Assembly (NCBI GenBank): GCA_002269645.1 | Contig: NIVC01000763.1 | Span: 248,001 to 312,000 of the forward strand | Length of the DNA stretch: 64,000 nucleotides | From: Macrostomum lignano | Taxonomy: Eukaryota | Direction: 5' to 3' | Part shown: positions 42,927 through 55,715 of the stretch, piece by piece | How positions within the stretch are numbered: position 1 is the stretch's first letter | Layout of the letters: every line of letters starts with the position of its first letter | The notes under the pieces: model-generated | The model's input: only the letters and a program-made list of their open reading frames with translations | What the model was told of the DNA's origin: nothing | The model's database searches: none | Position numbers and translations under genes: made by a program

Positions 42927-45900
42927 TCACAGCTGGCGCCTCGAGCCGCTGGCCGAGCTGCGGGCGCCGCGGGCTGACGATGGCGCGACGGAGTCGGCGC
43001 CACTGCCGGCCGCATTGTCGCTCTCCCAGCGCTCCAGCTCCTCGCGGACCAGTCGCTCCATGTGCTCGCGCTTCTCCGCCTCTGAGGCGCCGTCGCACTC
43101 GGCAATGGAGTCGAGCAGCTTGCTCATGGTCTCACGGCGGCGCAGCTTGGCCTTCTCCATGCTCTCCAGCTTCACCAGCACAGAGTCAATCTTTGTCACG
43201 ATGCTGCCGATGCTGTGCTCCATGCGGTCCACTCGGCGGGCCAGGACCGTGAACTCCTCAACTGACACTCCGCCGCCGCCGCCGCCGCCGCCGCCACCGC
43301 CGCCGCGTCGGGAGCTGCGCGGCCGGCCGCCGATGGCTCCCTCTCCGTCCAGACTGCGGGCGGTGGAGGGCCGCTCCTGCTGCTGCTCGGTCTCCTCAAT
43401 CTGGTCGTTCAGGGCGCTCTGCGGACAATGAAGGCAATTTGGTGCTGTTTGCGAAATTCATGGCTGGTTTGAAATGTGTGGCGATGTGGTTGGCATTCTG
43501 TAGTGTCTGTCTAAGCATTCTGCAGTGTCTGTCTAAGCATTCTGTAGTGTCTGTCTAAGCATTCTGCAGTGTCTGTCTAAGCATTCTGTAGTGTCTGTCT
43601 AAGCATTCTGCAGTGTCTGTCTAAGCATTCTGTAGTGTCTGTCTAAGCATTCTGTAGTGTCTGTCTAAGCATTCTGTAGTGTCTGTCTAAGCATTCTGCA
43701 GTGTCTGTCTAAGAATTCTGTAGTGTCTGTCTAAGCATTCTGCAGTGTCTTTGTAAGCATTCTGTAGTGTCTGTCTAAGCATTCTGCAGTGTCTGTCTAA
43801 GCATTCTGTAGTGTCTGTCTAAGCATTCTGCAGTGTCTGTCTAAGAATTCTGTAGTGTCTGTCTAAGCATTCTGCAGTGTCTTTGTAAGCATTCTGTAGT
43901 GTCTGTCTAAGCATTCTGCAGTGTCTGTCTAAGCATTCTGCAGTGTCTTTGTAAGCATTCTGTAGTGTCTGTCTAAGAATTCTGTAGTGTCTGTCTAAGC
44001 ATTCTGCAGTGTCTGTCTAAGCATTCTGCAGTGTCTGTCTAAGCATTCTGTAGTGTCTGTCTAAGCATTCTGCAGTGTCTGTCTAAGCATTCTATAGTGT
44101 CTGTCTAAGCATTCTGCAGTGTCTGTCTAAGCATTCTGCAGTGTCTGTCTAAGCATTCTGCAGTGTCTGTCTAAGCATTCTGTAGTGTCTGTCTAAGCAT
44201 TCTGCAGTGTCTGTCTAACAATTCTGCAGTGTCTGTCTAAGCATTCTGCAGTGTCTGTCTAAGCATTCTGTAGTGTCTGTCTAAGCATTCTGCAGTGTCT
44301 GTCTAAGCATTCTGTAGTGTCTGTCTAAGCATTCTGCAGTGTCTGTCTAAGCATTCTGCAGTGTCTGTCTAAGCATTCTGCAGTGTCTGTCTAAGCATTC
44401 TGTAGTGTCTGTCTAAGCATTCTGCAGTGTCTGTCTAAGCATTCTGTAGTGTCTGTCTAAGCATTCTGCAGTGTCTGTCTAAGCATTCTGCAGTGTCTGT
44501 CTAAGCATTCTGCAGTGTCTGTCTAAGCATTCTGTAGTGTCTGTCTAAGCATTCTGCAGTGTCTGTCTAAGCATTCTGCAGTGTCTGTCTAAGCATTCTG
44601 CAGTGTCTGTCTAAGCATTCTGTAGTGTCTGTCTAAGCATTCTGTAGTCTCCCGCTGGAAAATAGAGACGGATATTTGGTTCGGATATAGCGTATCCGGA
44701 TCCGGATAGGGGCACTTTTCCGAATGAACGGCCGGATATGTTCAGATATGACATTTTATCCGAACTATATCCGGACAAGTCGTATCCGGACGAATATCCG
44801 GATTATCACCCGGATATATGACTTATCCGGACAAAAATTTCGTTTAACTACTTGTTTTCCACAAACTCTGAAACATCCAGATATGTGGCTTCAATCTGGC
44901 CTTATAGCCGGATACATTTCCGGACTTACGTCAGGATTCAATGCACATATCCGGCCTTATAGCCGGATACATTTCCGGACTTACGTCCGGATTCAATACA
45001 CATATCCGGATGTTTCGTCCGGATACAGAACTACAATATCCGAACAAAGCATCCGGATATGTAAAGTTGGCGTCACTTATCCGAAGAAACGACCGGATAT
45101 TCTCCCACTGAACAGATGCAGAGAATATCCGGCCGAAATAAAAAAAATCCGAACCGAAATCCTGCCCTATTTTCCAGCGGGCTGTCTGGCATTCTTTAGT
45201 GTATAGTATAGGCTGTATAGCACATAACATTCTATAGCATGTCTAACAGATCAATAGTGATAAAGCAATCTCATGCTCACGGCATCTGAACAAAAACTGC
45301 TAACACGGTGTAGCATTTGCACTTCAAAAATACATTTGTAGAGAATAGTACAGAAATAACAATTTGGTCAATACAAAGTTACGAAACAAGTTCAAATGCA
45401 CAATCAGCACTGCACTCAAAACTGCAACACTGCAGAAATTAAAAATAAAAACATACGGCGTCCTCTTCCAGCTCAATCTGAGGTAGGCAAACAAACAATG
45501 AATTGATGGCTTTGACCTGAACTTTAGCCAACACTTTCCCGCCGGGTTTGAAAGCTTCAATCACAACATATCGTCTACTGGCTCATTGACAATCCGCGCT
45601 CACCTTCTGTCCCTCCAGCTCGGCCTGCATCCGCCGCTGCTCCTCCTCGTCCAGCACGCGGTCGCCGTCCAGATCGTATTTGGCGAACAGAGCCTCAATT
45701 TCTCCGTCGGCGTAGCCGCGTCTGCAACGACCGGGGTGTGTTTTGTGTTTTTTGTTTCAAATTGCGCGTTCAGTTTACTGCAAGTAATGCTATCGACATT
45801 TTTGCTTTGAATTTTTCAACTTACTGTTTCAGCTCGGCGCGCCACTCCTCGAAGTCCAGCTGCCTGTCGTTGTTGAGGTCGGCTGACTGGATGGCCTTCT

Positions 45901-48900
45901 GGATGTCGACGATCTTGTCGCGCTTGAAGCTCAGCTTGTCGAACACTTTGCCGGCGCGCTGGGGGCGGAGAGGGGGGAGGATGGACAGTCATTGTGGAAT
46001 TGGTTGCATAGAATGGATTGCTAGTCTAGCCAACATCGCAGATGAAGGGAAGAATTGCAGTCGAGCCTTCATTGGAACATGGATTGTTCAAAATTCTGCC
46101 ATCTCGGACCTCGCCGTGTAGCAACACATTGTTTACACCCAGATGAACATCGGTTGCTCGGAACTAATAAAACCAAGTCAAATAATCTCTAAGACCTCTG
46201 TTGTTCATCTGTTTAAGAGGAGGCAATAAGTTGTCATGACAACCGGCGATGCAAACACGGTGCTTAGCTGGCATCAACTACTCTGACTGCAGTTGAGTTA
46301 GAGATGGGTAAAAAACTTTCCCATTCCCCGTCTGTTGATGAATAATTTATGAACACACTCTCTGCTCTTCTGACCATTAAGTCACTGTGCGCAAATGCGG
46401 CCTCTCTAAGACCACGCTGCAGCCTTGCGATCCCTTCGGCTTTAGTTCGTACTTTTTACCTCATGATAAAAGGGCTCAAAAGGGGAAAAGTTAATCTTGT
46501 CTAATTATAATATATACCTTTTTGGAATATTAAAAGAGATCGCCTACACCTTTCCACGTTCAATTTTGAACAAAGTCCAGTTCTAAAAAAACTAGCGGAA
46601 ATTCAATTCAGACAATTCAGACTGGGGCAACAAACCCCAGTTCAAAACATTCTGCTACGGAAGCGAGGTTTAGCCATAGACAAAATTGTCCCCAGTCTGA
46701 ATTGTCTGAATTGAATTTCCGCTAGTTTTTTTAGAACTGGACTTTGTTCAAAATTGAACGTGAAAAGGTGTAGTGGAGAATGTCTTTTACGAGCGTAAAA
46801 GGGTTGCGCACTGATATTGGTTTTGTCAGCCTAACTGAGAATAAAGCCATCCAAAGTGAGAATCCTGCCTACGCTGACTGCGAAGGGCCTGGCTGCGTGC
46901 AGCCTTAGTCTATGGGCCATAGACTATAAAGGATAAGCAAAGTGATAAAAAGCCATCCAATGTGAGAATCGATTGGTCTATGCGTCATATTCTTTTATTT
47001 TTATACCTTCTGAGCTTCTGAGCCAAATGACTAGCCAATCCTAGCTTATCCTTAATAGTCTATGGCTCATAGACTAGGCTGGACGCAGCCAGGCCCTTCG
47101 TATTCAGGGTAGGCAGGATTCTCACTTTGGATGGCTTTTTATCACTTTGCTTATCCTTTATAGTCTATGGCCCATAGACTAAGGCTGCACGCAGCCAGGC
47201 CCTTCGCAGTCAACGTAGGCAGGATTCTCACTTTGGATGGCTTTATTCTCAGTTAGGTTGACAAAACCAATACTTAAAACGAAGAATTCGTTTCCCCAAC
47301 ACTTACCTGCTTAAAGTAGTCGGTCATCTCGAAGTCGTTCGGCTGATTGGCCAGGTCGTTCTTCACCTCGCTGTACGTGTCGTTGATGATGGCCAAGAAC
47401 ATGTTGATCAGCACGAAGAACACGAAGAACACGTACAGAAGGAAGTACAGCGGCCCGAGCACTCGGTGGGCAGTTTGCAGCGAGTTGAAATCGAAGTCGC
47501 CAAGGATGATGCGGAACAGAGTGAAGATGGCCTGCTGGAACTCGCGGAAGTCTTGCACCTGCGTGCCGAAGATCAGATAGCCCAGCTGGGCGAAGGCGAA
47601 GAAGATGATGAAGAACATCACTGCGAAGCCGAGCAGATCCTTGGCGCAGGCGCCCAGAGTGGAGCTGAGCTGCGTCATGGTCTTGTTGAAGCTGATGTAC
47701 TTGAAGATCTTCACCCAGGCGAAGAACACAGTGATGGCGATGCCGTGGTTGAACTGCTGCTGCCAGTAGGACAGGAAGTCGAAGTCCGGGTACTTGTTCT
47801 CGTCCTGCAGCAGGCTGGTCAGCTTCTTTCCCACGGCGATGGTGCGGTAGACATTGAAGCAGGCGCACACCAGGGAGATGACGATGACGAGGATGTCCAG
47901 CCAGTTCCAGAAGCTCTTGAAGTAGTCCAGCTTGTTCCGCTTGATTTCGATGGCCTCTTCGACAATGTAGTAGCAGATGAACAGCATGAAGATGCCTTCG
48001 CAAACAAGCACAAAGTAGTCCATCGGTTCGACGTAGCGAAGCAGCTTGACCGTGCGGAACTCCCAGGACGGCAGGGCGCCACCCGTAGCCGGGAACTCCA
48101 TCACCAGTTTGATGACGCAGAACAAGTTTATGTTGGCATTGTAAACTGTGAAATCTACGAATGCGACTCTGGTGGCTCTGTCCACCCACAGGCCGCTGTA
48201 GAGCTCGTTGACGATGGCCAGAGTCGTGTCCCTGTCGCGGCCGAGGTCGATGTAGTAGCCTCCGCTAGGGTAGCTGGCCAGCTGAGCGGAGTAGGACTGC
48301 CCGTCCAGGATGTCGTCGCTGGTGTAGTTCCAGGCGGTGGAGTTCATGTAGCCAAACGGATCCTTGCTCTGGGCGCTGCTGCTGTAGGTCGAATAGCAGA
48401 ACGGGATGGTGTCCTTGAAGTTTGAGGCGATATTACAGCTGTTGTTGCGCACGCGGAGCTGCCGAAGTCGGGGCACGCCGAGCAGTTTGTTTTCGTAGTA
48501 GATGAAGTTGGTCTCGCGCGGGTCAGTGAAGTTGTTGCTGTTGTACCAGGTGTTCCAGTACAGTCCGGTCAGTAGGGCGTTTTGCATATACTGCGGAGAG
48601 AGTGGGTGGAATGCTTGGATGACTGGATCACTTACAGGAAAAGCTTAGACAGTTTAGAAAAACTCACTGTCCACCAGTCGGGGATCGAGCCGAGGTTCCT
48701 GAACGTCGGCTTGTTCACTGGATCATCGGTGGAGTCCAAGAAAAGCGCGCTGAGCACTTGGGTGTAGTAGTACATGGTCGTGGAGGTCATGCCGAACGTC
48801 ACTTGAGAAAGATTTCGGAATGATTTGCGATTTTAAGCGTCTTGGTTTATACAGCAGTGATCAGTCGCTACGGAACAGTAAATGAAAACAATTTGGCTAC

Positions 48901-49475
48901 TCACGAATCATGAGCACGATTAGAAAGATGCAGTAGATGATCAGCTCGCGCAGGGTGGTCTTGATGTACTTCTCGCGATCTTCCTTCGTGTTCTCCGTCA
49001 TGTTGGTTCGCCAAATCACTGAAAAATGGTTTGATATAGCAGTATGACTATAATATTGTAGAACGCTTCGAAACCTCGGTAAACCCAGTCCAAAAGCTTA
49101 TTTTTCGTCATTTTTCGACGACTAACTTGTAATATAATACCTTAAGTAAGTGTGAAGGCCACTGGCCTGTGCGATGTTGCAGACAACATTGGGGTGTTCT
49201 GCGCACCCGCATCGCTACATCGAAACTAGGAGCCAACGAAAGCAAAATGATAGGAGGCAATTACCGTGAATTCCCCTTCGAAACCGCTGCCAACATCCGG
49301 TCTTCTCGTCCTTGGCCACGATGTTGGTCTGGCTATCGAAGGCCGGGTCCTGGTCCAGCATTTCCGGGTTGTCCATGGCGGGGTCGTTGGACCAGGCCTG
49401 GCTGCTGGCCACGGACGCTTGGCTCTTGGCCCGAGAAGCGCCTACGCCACCGGTGGCTGGTCGCGAGGTTGCCAT
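42927..49475 (-). CDS. PKD2: Polycystin-2 (TRPP) channel, 7 exons
   Basis: Exons 49475-49265, 49018-48905, 48801-48668, 48590-47307, 45958-45825, 45721-45604 and 43418-42927 are phase-compatible. Motifs [58 protein letters not shown] and [13 protein letters not shown]; EF-hand [12 protein letters not shown]; coiled coil [18 protein letters not shown]. Confidence 0.96.
43497..44650. repeat. 22-bp intronic minisatellite (GTGTCTGTCTAAGCATTCTGYA)
   Basis: About 50 highly homogeneous copies. Confidence 0.97.
44651..45181. mobile_element. Non-autonomous CACTA/EnSpm-like element (CCC termini, 2-bp TSD)
   Basis: Perfect 15-bp TIR CCCGCTGGAAAATAG, CT duplicated at 44649-44650 and 45182-45183, and many internal TATCCGG/CCGGATA subterminal-type repeats. 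The superfamily assignment is inferred from the termini and TSD length. Confidence 0.78.
46544..46773. mobile_element. Near-perfect fold-back element (~83-bp arms)
   Basis: CTACACCTTTCCACGTTCAATTTTGAACAAAGTCCAGTTC...AGACTGGG pairs with CCCAGTCT...GAACGTGAAAAGGTGTAG. Confidence 0.85.
46817..47270. mobile_element. MITE with ~155-bp TIRs and TA TSD (Tc1/mariner-like)
   Basis: TA|TTGGTTTTGTC...GACAAAACCAA|TA; the arms are nearly perfectly complementary. Confidence 0.85.
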
Positions 49476-50569
49476 CCGAAGTTACAGACTTCCAATAATA
49501 AGATTCCGAACTGGGAAAGCAGAGCACAGTAGGCTTAGAGCAAGGGGGCTTTAGCTCTGCGCGGGAGTTCCAGAACCGGAGCGGGTCGCCTTCCCCCCTA
49601 GTGTTTAAAGGCGCGATCTCAGTTTTGACTTTGGTAGCCCCTGACAACCGGTAAACAGAAGCCTGGCTACAGAGAAACAGGGGAGAGGGGGGCGAAGAGG
49701 GGGACCGAGACGGGGGTGGAGATAGGAAAAAGTAATGCATAAAATTTTCATTGCCATAGGAGCCGTGAGGGAAGCGAAGGCTTTAGCTGAGGTGGGGAGC
49801 TGGGAGGCAGCATGGGGGTTGGGCACTATTCAAGAGACAATGCTGCCGCCACCAACCCCCTTGTCCCGGAGTCGTGACGCTCTCGCCGCATCTCCCCACC
49901 TGGCCGCCTGTCTGCTTACCTGCCTGCTTCCCACACTGCAGCGTCCCGCGGGCTTGGTCAGGCCTCAGCCTGTCTTGGGCCGCAGAAAATCAATACTTGC
50001 TGCTGACGAAGATGCGGGAGGAGACAGCTACGGGGGGAGGGGGAGAGAGAGACCATGCGGGGGCCGGCGCCCCCTAGCTTTAGAGACAGAAAAGTAGATG
50101 TCAGAAATGTTTCCGCTGGTTTCCGCGGATGCGCGGCATCCGGACAATTGACGCAGCTAAAACTGTTGCAGGCAGGGCAGCACAAGCCAGAATTTCCACA
50201 GTTGGCTGGGGGGGGGGGGTAGCAACAATGGCTCCTGGATCTAGAGAGAAGGAAGAGACCGAATGGGGAGCTGGGGAGGGCGTGTTGAAGGGTAGGGAAA
50301 AGAAACATGCTGGAGAGGCAGAAGCAATAATGCTGGGCCACAGCAGCAAACTGTTTGAGCTCCAGAGTGACAGGGATGGGGGGACTGCAGCTGCTGCCGC
50401 TTTGTCACAGAGAGACAGCGCTGTGAGGAGGGTTGAAGTCGCAAAAAGTCTCTAGCAGCAAGCATTGTTGTTTTGCATCTCGGCAGGCTGCACACTGCAT
50501 CACGTTGGGTCCGGGGTTCTGCATTCTATAGCCCAGCCTGCCGTGCAGCTTTAGCACGGGAGAATTGGA

Positions 50570-50740
50570 ATTTCAATGCCCCGTGTTGCCAATGGAAACG
50601 CATGCAAAGCAACTTTATGCCTCGCTGCAGGCGATTGCCCAAAATTACCCCTCCCACCCCGATTCTACGCTCCCCTGTCTTCCTCTTTCAGCGCCTTTCA
50701 TGCAGCAGAAGCAGCAGGTCCCAGCCCACCTCTCACATTC
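50570..50740 (+). mobile_element. Possible degenerate hAT transposase C-terminal dimerisation-domain remnant
   Basis: Frameshifted pieces QWK.HAKQLYASLQAIAQNYPSHP.S..P..QRLSCS resemble W.....YP.L..IA..YLS.PASS...ERLFS. Confidence 0.4.
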
Positions 50741-50957
50741 ATCTCCTAGCATTACGCTTGTAGTTTTACTAAAAAGCAGCTAGACTAAGACCATAGCAGC
50801 CTCTATAACATATGTATGATTTAGCGAAAAAGATGCCACGTGCGAATTTTAAATTCGTTCATTTTAGAATTTCTCAGCCAGCAAATTTTTGCTTTTTATT
50901 TTCTTTAAACCTCAGTTTTCTTATAGGATTACTAGCAATATACAAGGTGGAATCACT

Positions 50958-51210
50958 GAGATGTCAAAGGCTTACGGGGAGAATTGCTGAGATGTCAAAG
51001 GCTTACGGGAGAATTGCTAAGATGTCAAGGCTTATGGGGAGAATTTCTGAGATGCCAAAGGCTTACGGGGAGAATTGCTGAGATGCCAAAGGCTTACGGG
51101 GAGAATTTCTAAGATGCCAAAGGCTTACGGGGAGAATTGCTGAGATGCCAAAGGCTTACGGGGAGAATTTCTAAGATGCCAAAGGCTTACGAGGAGAAAT
51201 GCTGAGATGC
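50958..51210. repeat. 31-bp minisatellite (CTGAGATGCCAAAGGCTTACGGGGAGAATTG)
   Basis: About 8 copies. Confidence 0.94.
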
Positions 51211-51475
51211 ACGTCGACAAGGCTGATGGGTCAAAACCTACATTTAGTTTTATTAATTGCATTGGATGCATGTGCTGATGGCCGTCTAAACCGTTTTCAA
51301 AAGCAAGAAATAACAAATAAATTTGAAGGTCTCTTAACTCATTTAATTTATTTGGCTGCACTTCACTCTATGACTATACTATATAGCCTTGTAAAGTACA
51401 AAAGTGCAGATTCCTACCATTAATCACCAAAAGAGATTCCTCTGTTCAGGTTTAACGGCGCGGACTCGTTACACA

Positions 51476-52220
51476 GGTCCTGTCATTTCGGCGACAGACG
51501 TTAAAGCGAAAATAATATATATACATGTAAATCGCCTAAAACCTTTGAGTACCTAATTTTTAACTTTAATATTTCCGGTTATATTCAGGTCAAATAGAAA
51601 ATACGTCGTACTTTATACAATAAAGACGCTGCATGGTAGAACAACATTTTGTTATTTTTGATTGGAGGGCGCTTTCAATCCCCTTTCATAAGGCCCAATT
51701 AATTTCTCATTGCCGAAAGCATCTTCCTTCACAAGGCCGAAATTTCACATTGCCGAAAAATCATTTTAGCAGCTAGTGTCTTTCACTAGGCCGAAACTTC
51801 ACATAGCCAAAGTGGCTAAGCACGCTCTTTCATAAGTTTCGGTCTAGTAAAAGACACTACATGTACGATAGCTAAAATGATTTTTCGGCAATGTGAAATT
51901 TCGGCCTATTTTGCTAGTGAAACTGGCCCTTGATTAGTAAACAGTGAATTCTGCTTAAGCATTCTGTTAGCACGTTTTGATTGTGCTACCATGCCTTGTC
52001 TCTTGTCGGCTGTACATCCTTGTCTCCTCCGCCCGGCCTATACCATTATTGCACTTTATTGTTCTGCTAAAATCTCTTTAACTCACTTTTACTTTTCTAT
52101 CCAAAACTGTACCACCCCACTCCTGTTCATGTTGAATTCACTGCTTTAAAATACAATACTTATACTGCGACAAGAAAAGCTTTTTGCCAAAACGTCCTTC
52201 GCCGAAATGACTGGTACCCC
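51476..52220. mobile_element. MITE-like element with GTCATTTCGGCGA TIRs and an internal perfect 37-bp inverted repeat
   Basis: GGTCCTGTCATTTCGGCGACAGACGTT pairs with AACGTCCTTCGCCGAAATGACTGGTACC. The inner IR lies at 51734-51770 and 51871-51907. Confidence 0.65.
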
Positions 52221-52447
52221 TGCCCCAAGGGTGCACGGCCAGCCCAAGGGGGCAAAAGAAACGGTTTTTTTATCGCAATAAACAGATAGACCAATAAAAA
52301 GAATATCAGTTTAATTGTACCTAAAAAGTAAGCAAATTTAGAAATAAAAAACTAACTAATTACTGGGCTATATAGAGTTTTGTTATAAATATTGAAATAA
52401 TTAAAAATTAAAATTAGACTTTTGCTTGTTAGCTGATCGAGCTGCCC

Positions 52448-52705
52448 GGCCTTTTCATATTGCTTGCTCTGGTTCCAGAACCAGAACCAATTTGTGAAGT
52501 ATAACTTTTTGTCTCCATAACTAGAGGGAGATACGTGCTATAAAGTTTTTATTATTGAATGACAATCGCCAAGAAGAAAGTGAAAAATTGTGCTAAGTTA
52601 GGTTGTTAAGGCAGTCAAATATTAACAGAGTTTAATAGTTATATTGCTGTTTTTCTTGGAATTCCGAACCGATTCTGGTTCTGGAATTGGTAATATGAAA
52701 AGGCC
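52448..52705. mobile_element. Small MITE with GGCCTTTTCATATT TIRs (a more mutated left-end copy lies at ~26439-26520)
   Basis: GGCCTTTTCATATTGC...GTAATATGAAAAGGCC; TSD not clean. Confidence 0.65.
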
Positions 52706-53679
52706 CCTGATCGCTCGCTAACGATGCGGCGGCGGCGCCTGGCCGGCGGCAATGACGATTGACATCGAAGATCATTGAAGATCATGAGAAGGATCTCTGC
52801 TCTGTCCTGTCTGTTGCCCTTCTTACTTATTCAATGAGTATAGATAATTTATCTATGTTTAACAGGGCCAATCGGCCCTTTCAGTTGTCTAGGGCCTAAT
52901 GTTAGCCCACCCACCTGTCCCACCCTGACTCCGAGTAAGCGGTTTCACTTCAGACCAGTGAGATTTTGATAGTTTTTTTGTATTTTCCGTCTAGTAAATT
53001 TTATTTGCCCACGGAAAAAACACCCTGATTTTGTAAATTAGTAAAGAGTAGTATAGGCCTAGGCCTATAGGCCTAATATTGTGGTAAAAAGTTGCATGTT
53101 AGGCCCACAATATTTTTTTGTGCTATGAAGTTTTAACACTTTGTATATAGGCCTAATAGTAATACAAGGGGTATTCAATTATAAGTTTATGGATACACAG
53201 AATAAAAATGGCAAATAAAAATTACTATTAGGGCCTACCTAGGTCTTTTCAAACTCTCCAACAGCTTAAATGGTTTCATGTAGGCCTAGGCCTAGTCTGG
53301 AAACTTATTGAACACCCCTTGTACATTTGGGCTTTTTCTCATTAGGCCTAGCTTTATTTTTTTAAGGCCTAGCCATTACTGGGCATTAGGTATTGTGATA
53401 ATTTTTATATAAAAGTTTTTTGCAAATATTTAGGGCCTAATTGGCCCTAATGTAACATGTAAGTTTTTTATACTAAATTGATTCATATCAAATATGTTAT
53501 TCTTTTGCTTTTTGCTCTATTTTCTATTCATTGACCTATATAGATGAGATATAAGACTTCTATTTTAGCTTCCAATCAATTTAGTGGCAAGATAATCTAG
53601 CAACAAATGATCTAGGCCCCTAGTGATAGTCAAAGTGGCAATAGATTTTATTTGTAGATTTTATAAGCCTAGAATTTAG

Positions 53680-54690
53680 GGTCATCAATCACTTCGGCAA
53701 CAGTCATTTTGGCAATACATTTGGATCACTTTGGCAATAATTATTAATAGCTAAAGAACACATTTATAATACATATATTTTTGCCAATGAAACTTCACAA
53801 TTAAAAAAGCAATATAAATTTATATAATTTATGTATATTTAGATATTTAGCTAGGTATATTTATTCTCAATTTAATAAGTAAGTGTGGCGTCATGTATAG
53901 ACTGTCGGACTGCAAGTTGTGTATACCATTGACAATGGCACCCAGCGCCTTTGCAGAAAGTTGATGGCACTGCCATTTTTGCCAAGTGCCAAGATTGCCT
54001 AGGCATTCTTCAAGCTTTGAGGAATGCTGGCGGAAAACGCTCCTTCATAGCTCATCACTCTGTTTGACTATATCCAGATAAATTACATGTATAGTTTGAA
54101 GAGTACTTGTACTTTCTCAATCTGCCTGTCTGTCTTTTCTCTCTCTCTCTCTTTCCCTCTCTCTCTCTCTCTTCTCTCTCTTTCCCTCTCCCCTCTCTCT
54201 CTCCCCTCACATTTTTATATGTATATGCACTTACGGAAACATTTTCTAATTTTTTTCAGAGCACATGGATACAGAGCACAATGTATTTGTGTATGTATGC
54301 TTTTAATGCTTTTAATGCATGTTTATTTCTCTTTCTTTATTTCTGCAATGGAGTGGCACAGTGTATGTGCCCATACATGCCAATATGCCAAATAAATTTA
54401 TAACAATACTTATAGTACTATATAATGCAAGTCAATTCATTTTGTACTTTATCGTATTTATTGTAAGCATTCATTGTGAAATAATGAAAATTTGTGTTGC
54501 TTTTTTAATAAATCTGGATAAATCACATTTTTTAATTGTGAAGTTTCATTGGCAAAAAATATGTCCTTTAGCTATTATTAATTGTTGCCGAATTGATCCA
54601 AATGTGTTGCCAAAATGACTGTCACCAAAGTGACTTGTCGCCGAAGTGACTGTCACCAAAGTGACTTGTCGCCATAGTGATTGTAATTCG
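53680..54690. mobile_element. MITE-like element with subrepeated TIRs (TCACTTCGGCAACAGTCATTTTGGCAA)
   Basis: Left arm 53687-53760 is complementary to right arm 54585-54682. Confidence 0.6.
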
Positions 54691-54959
54691 AATTTAGTCT
54701 TAGATACAAACAAAACTTGAGTTTTTAATTTTAGGAATTTACTTTAAGAGAGTATCTTTTCTGATATAATATAGGTCTACATATAAGGTGTCTTATTAAA
54801 CATTAATGCTAAAGGCCTATAATGTATCTAATTATAAAACTAGTATACAGCCCTTATTGAAAAAATAATGCATTGATTTTAAATGCAATTTCCCATTTTT
54901 TCAAAGCAATATCATCATTATAAGAAAATGTTGTAAGGCTACTTTTTTATTCTTATTAT

Positions 54960-55715
54960 TGAATATCCTAAAGCTGCTACCAAAGTTGTTGAGGGGCTAA
55001 CTTTCTATCTTTATAAATAATTCCACAATGTCACCAAATTGTAATGGGCTGAAGCTTCTCTCTATTAAAAATCTTACTGAGGTCACCAAAGTTGTAATAG
55101 GGCTTAACTTCTATCTTTATAATGTTGGTAGCTGCCACCAAGACTAGTTGTTGGTAGCTATATTCTATTAATAAATTATGAATTTATTAATCTTAGAATA
55201 AGTCTAAGAAATGTTTCTTAGAATAAGTTTGAGGATATATCTCAGTATTTGTCTGAGTATATATTTGAAAATTTGCCTAAGTATATTGTTCTTAGAATAC
55301 TATTTAGCCCTTACAAGTATCATTCTCTTGTTATTCCTGTAGCATTTACTATGTTCTGGTAGCGTTCTACTAATAATTTAGTATATTGGTCTACTGGTAT
55401 ATGTATTTCATGTATTCCCAATCCTGGGCGTTACCGAGATCAGAGTGTCATAGCCTCTAGTTATTCTTTCATGTATCAATTTAGGATCTCCTTCATAGTC
55501 TCTTACTACTTCCACTTCTCAGTAGTATATATTGTATGTGTTCTTTGCCAATTCACTTCTTTTCTGCAAATGAATAACTTGGAAAACAATCTTCAATAAC
55601 ATTTGCTTAGAACTCTTATTATTTGATACTGGCTTTCTTTCTTAAGGAACTGCAATATGCAAGGTTGGCCTCTCCTCCAAAAATGCTTCTATTTATACTA
55701 AAATTTACTACTAGT
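54960..55715 (+). repeat. Dispersed repeat family, copy C (most TpA-converted)
   Basis: Collinear with copy B (30880-31745) and copy A (28200-28545, reverse strand). Confidence 0.85.

Noticed and set aside
43497-44650. CRISPR-like appearance of this and other regular 20-45-bp arrays
   Set aside because: The units are contiguous with no unique spacers, there are no cas genes, and the context is eukaryotic introns.
47311-48425. Overlapping 292-aa and 319-aa ORFs over PKD2; similar shadow ORFs over the ANK-ARM, ABCA and Frizzled exons
   Set aside because: Alternate-frame or antisense shadows of GC3-rich exons with no recognisable homology.
48660-48720. GGTTC/GATCGAG text resembling a tRNA box B
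   Set aside because: It is PKD2 coding exon 3 on the minus strand.
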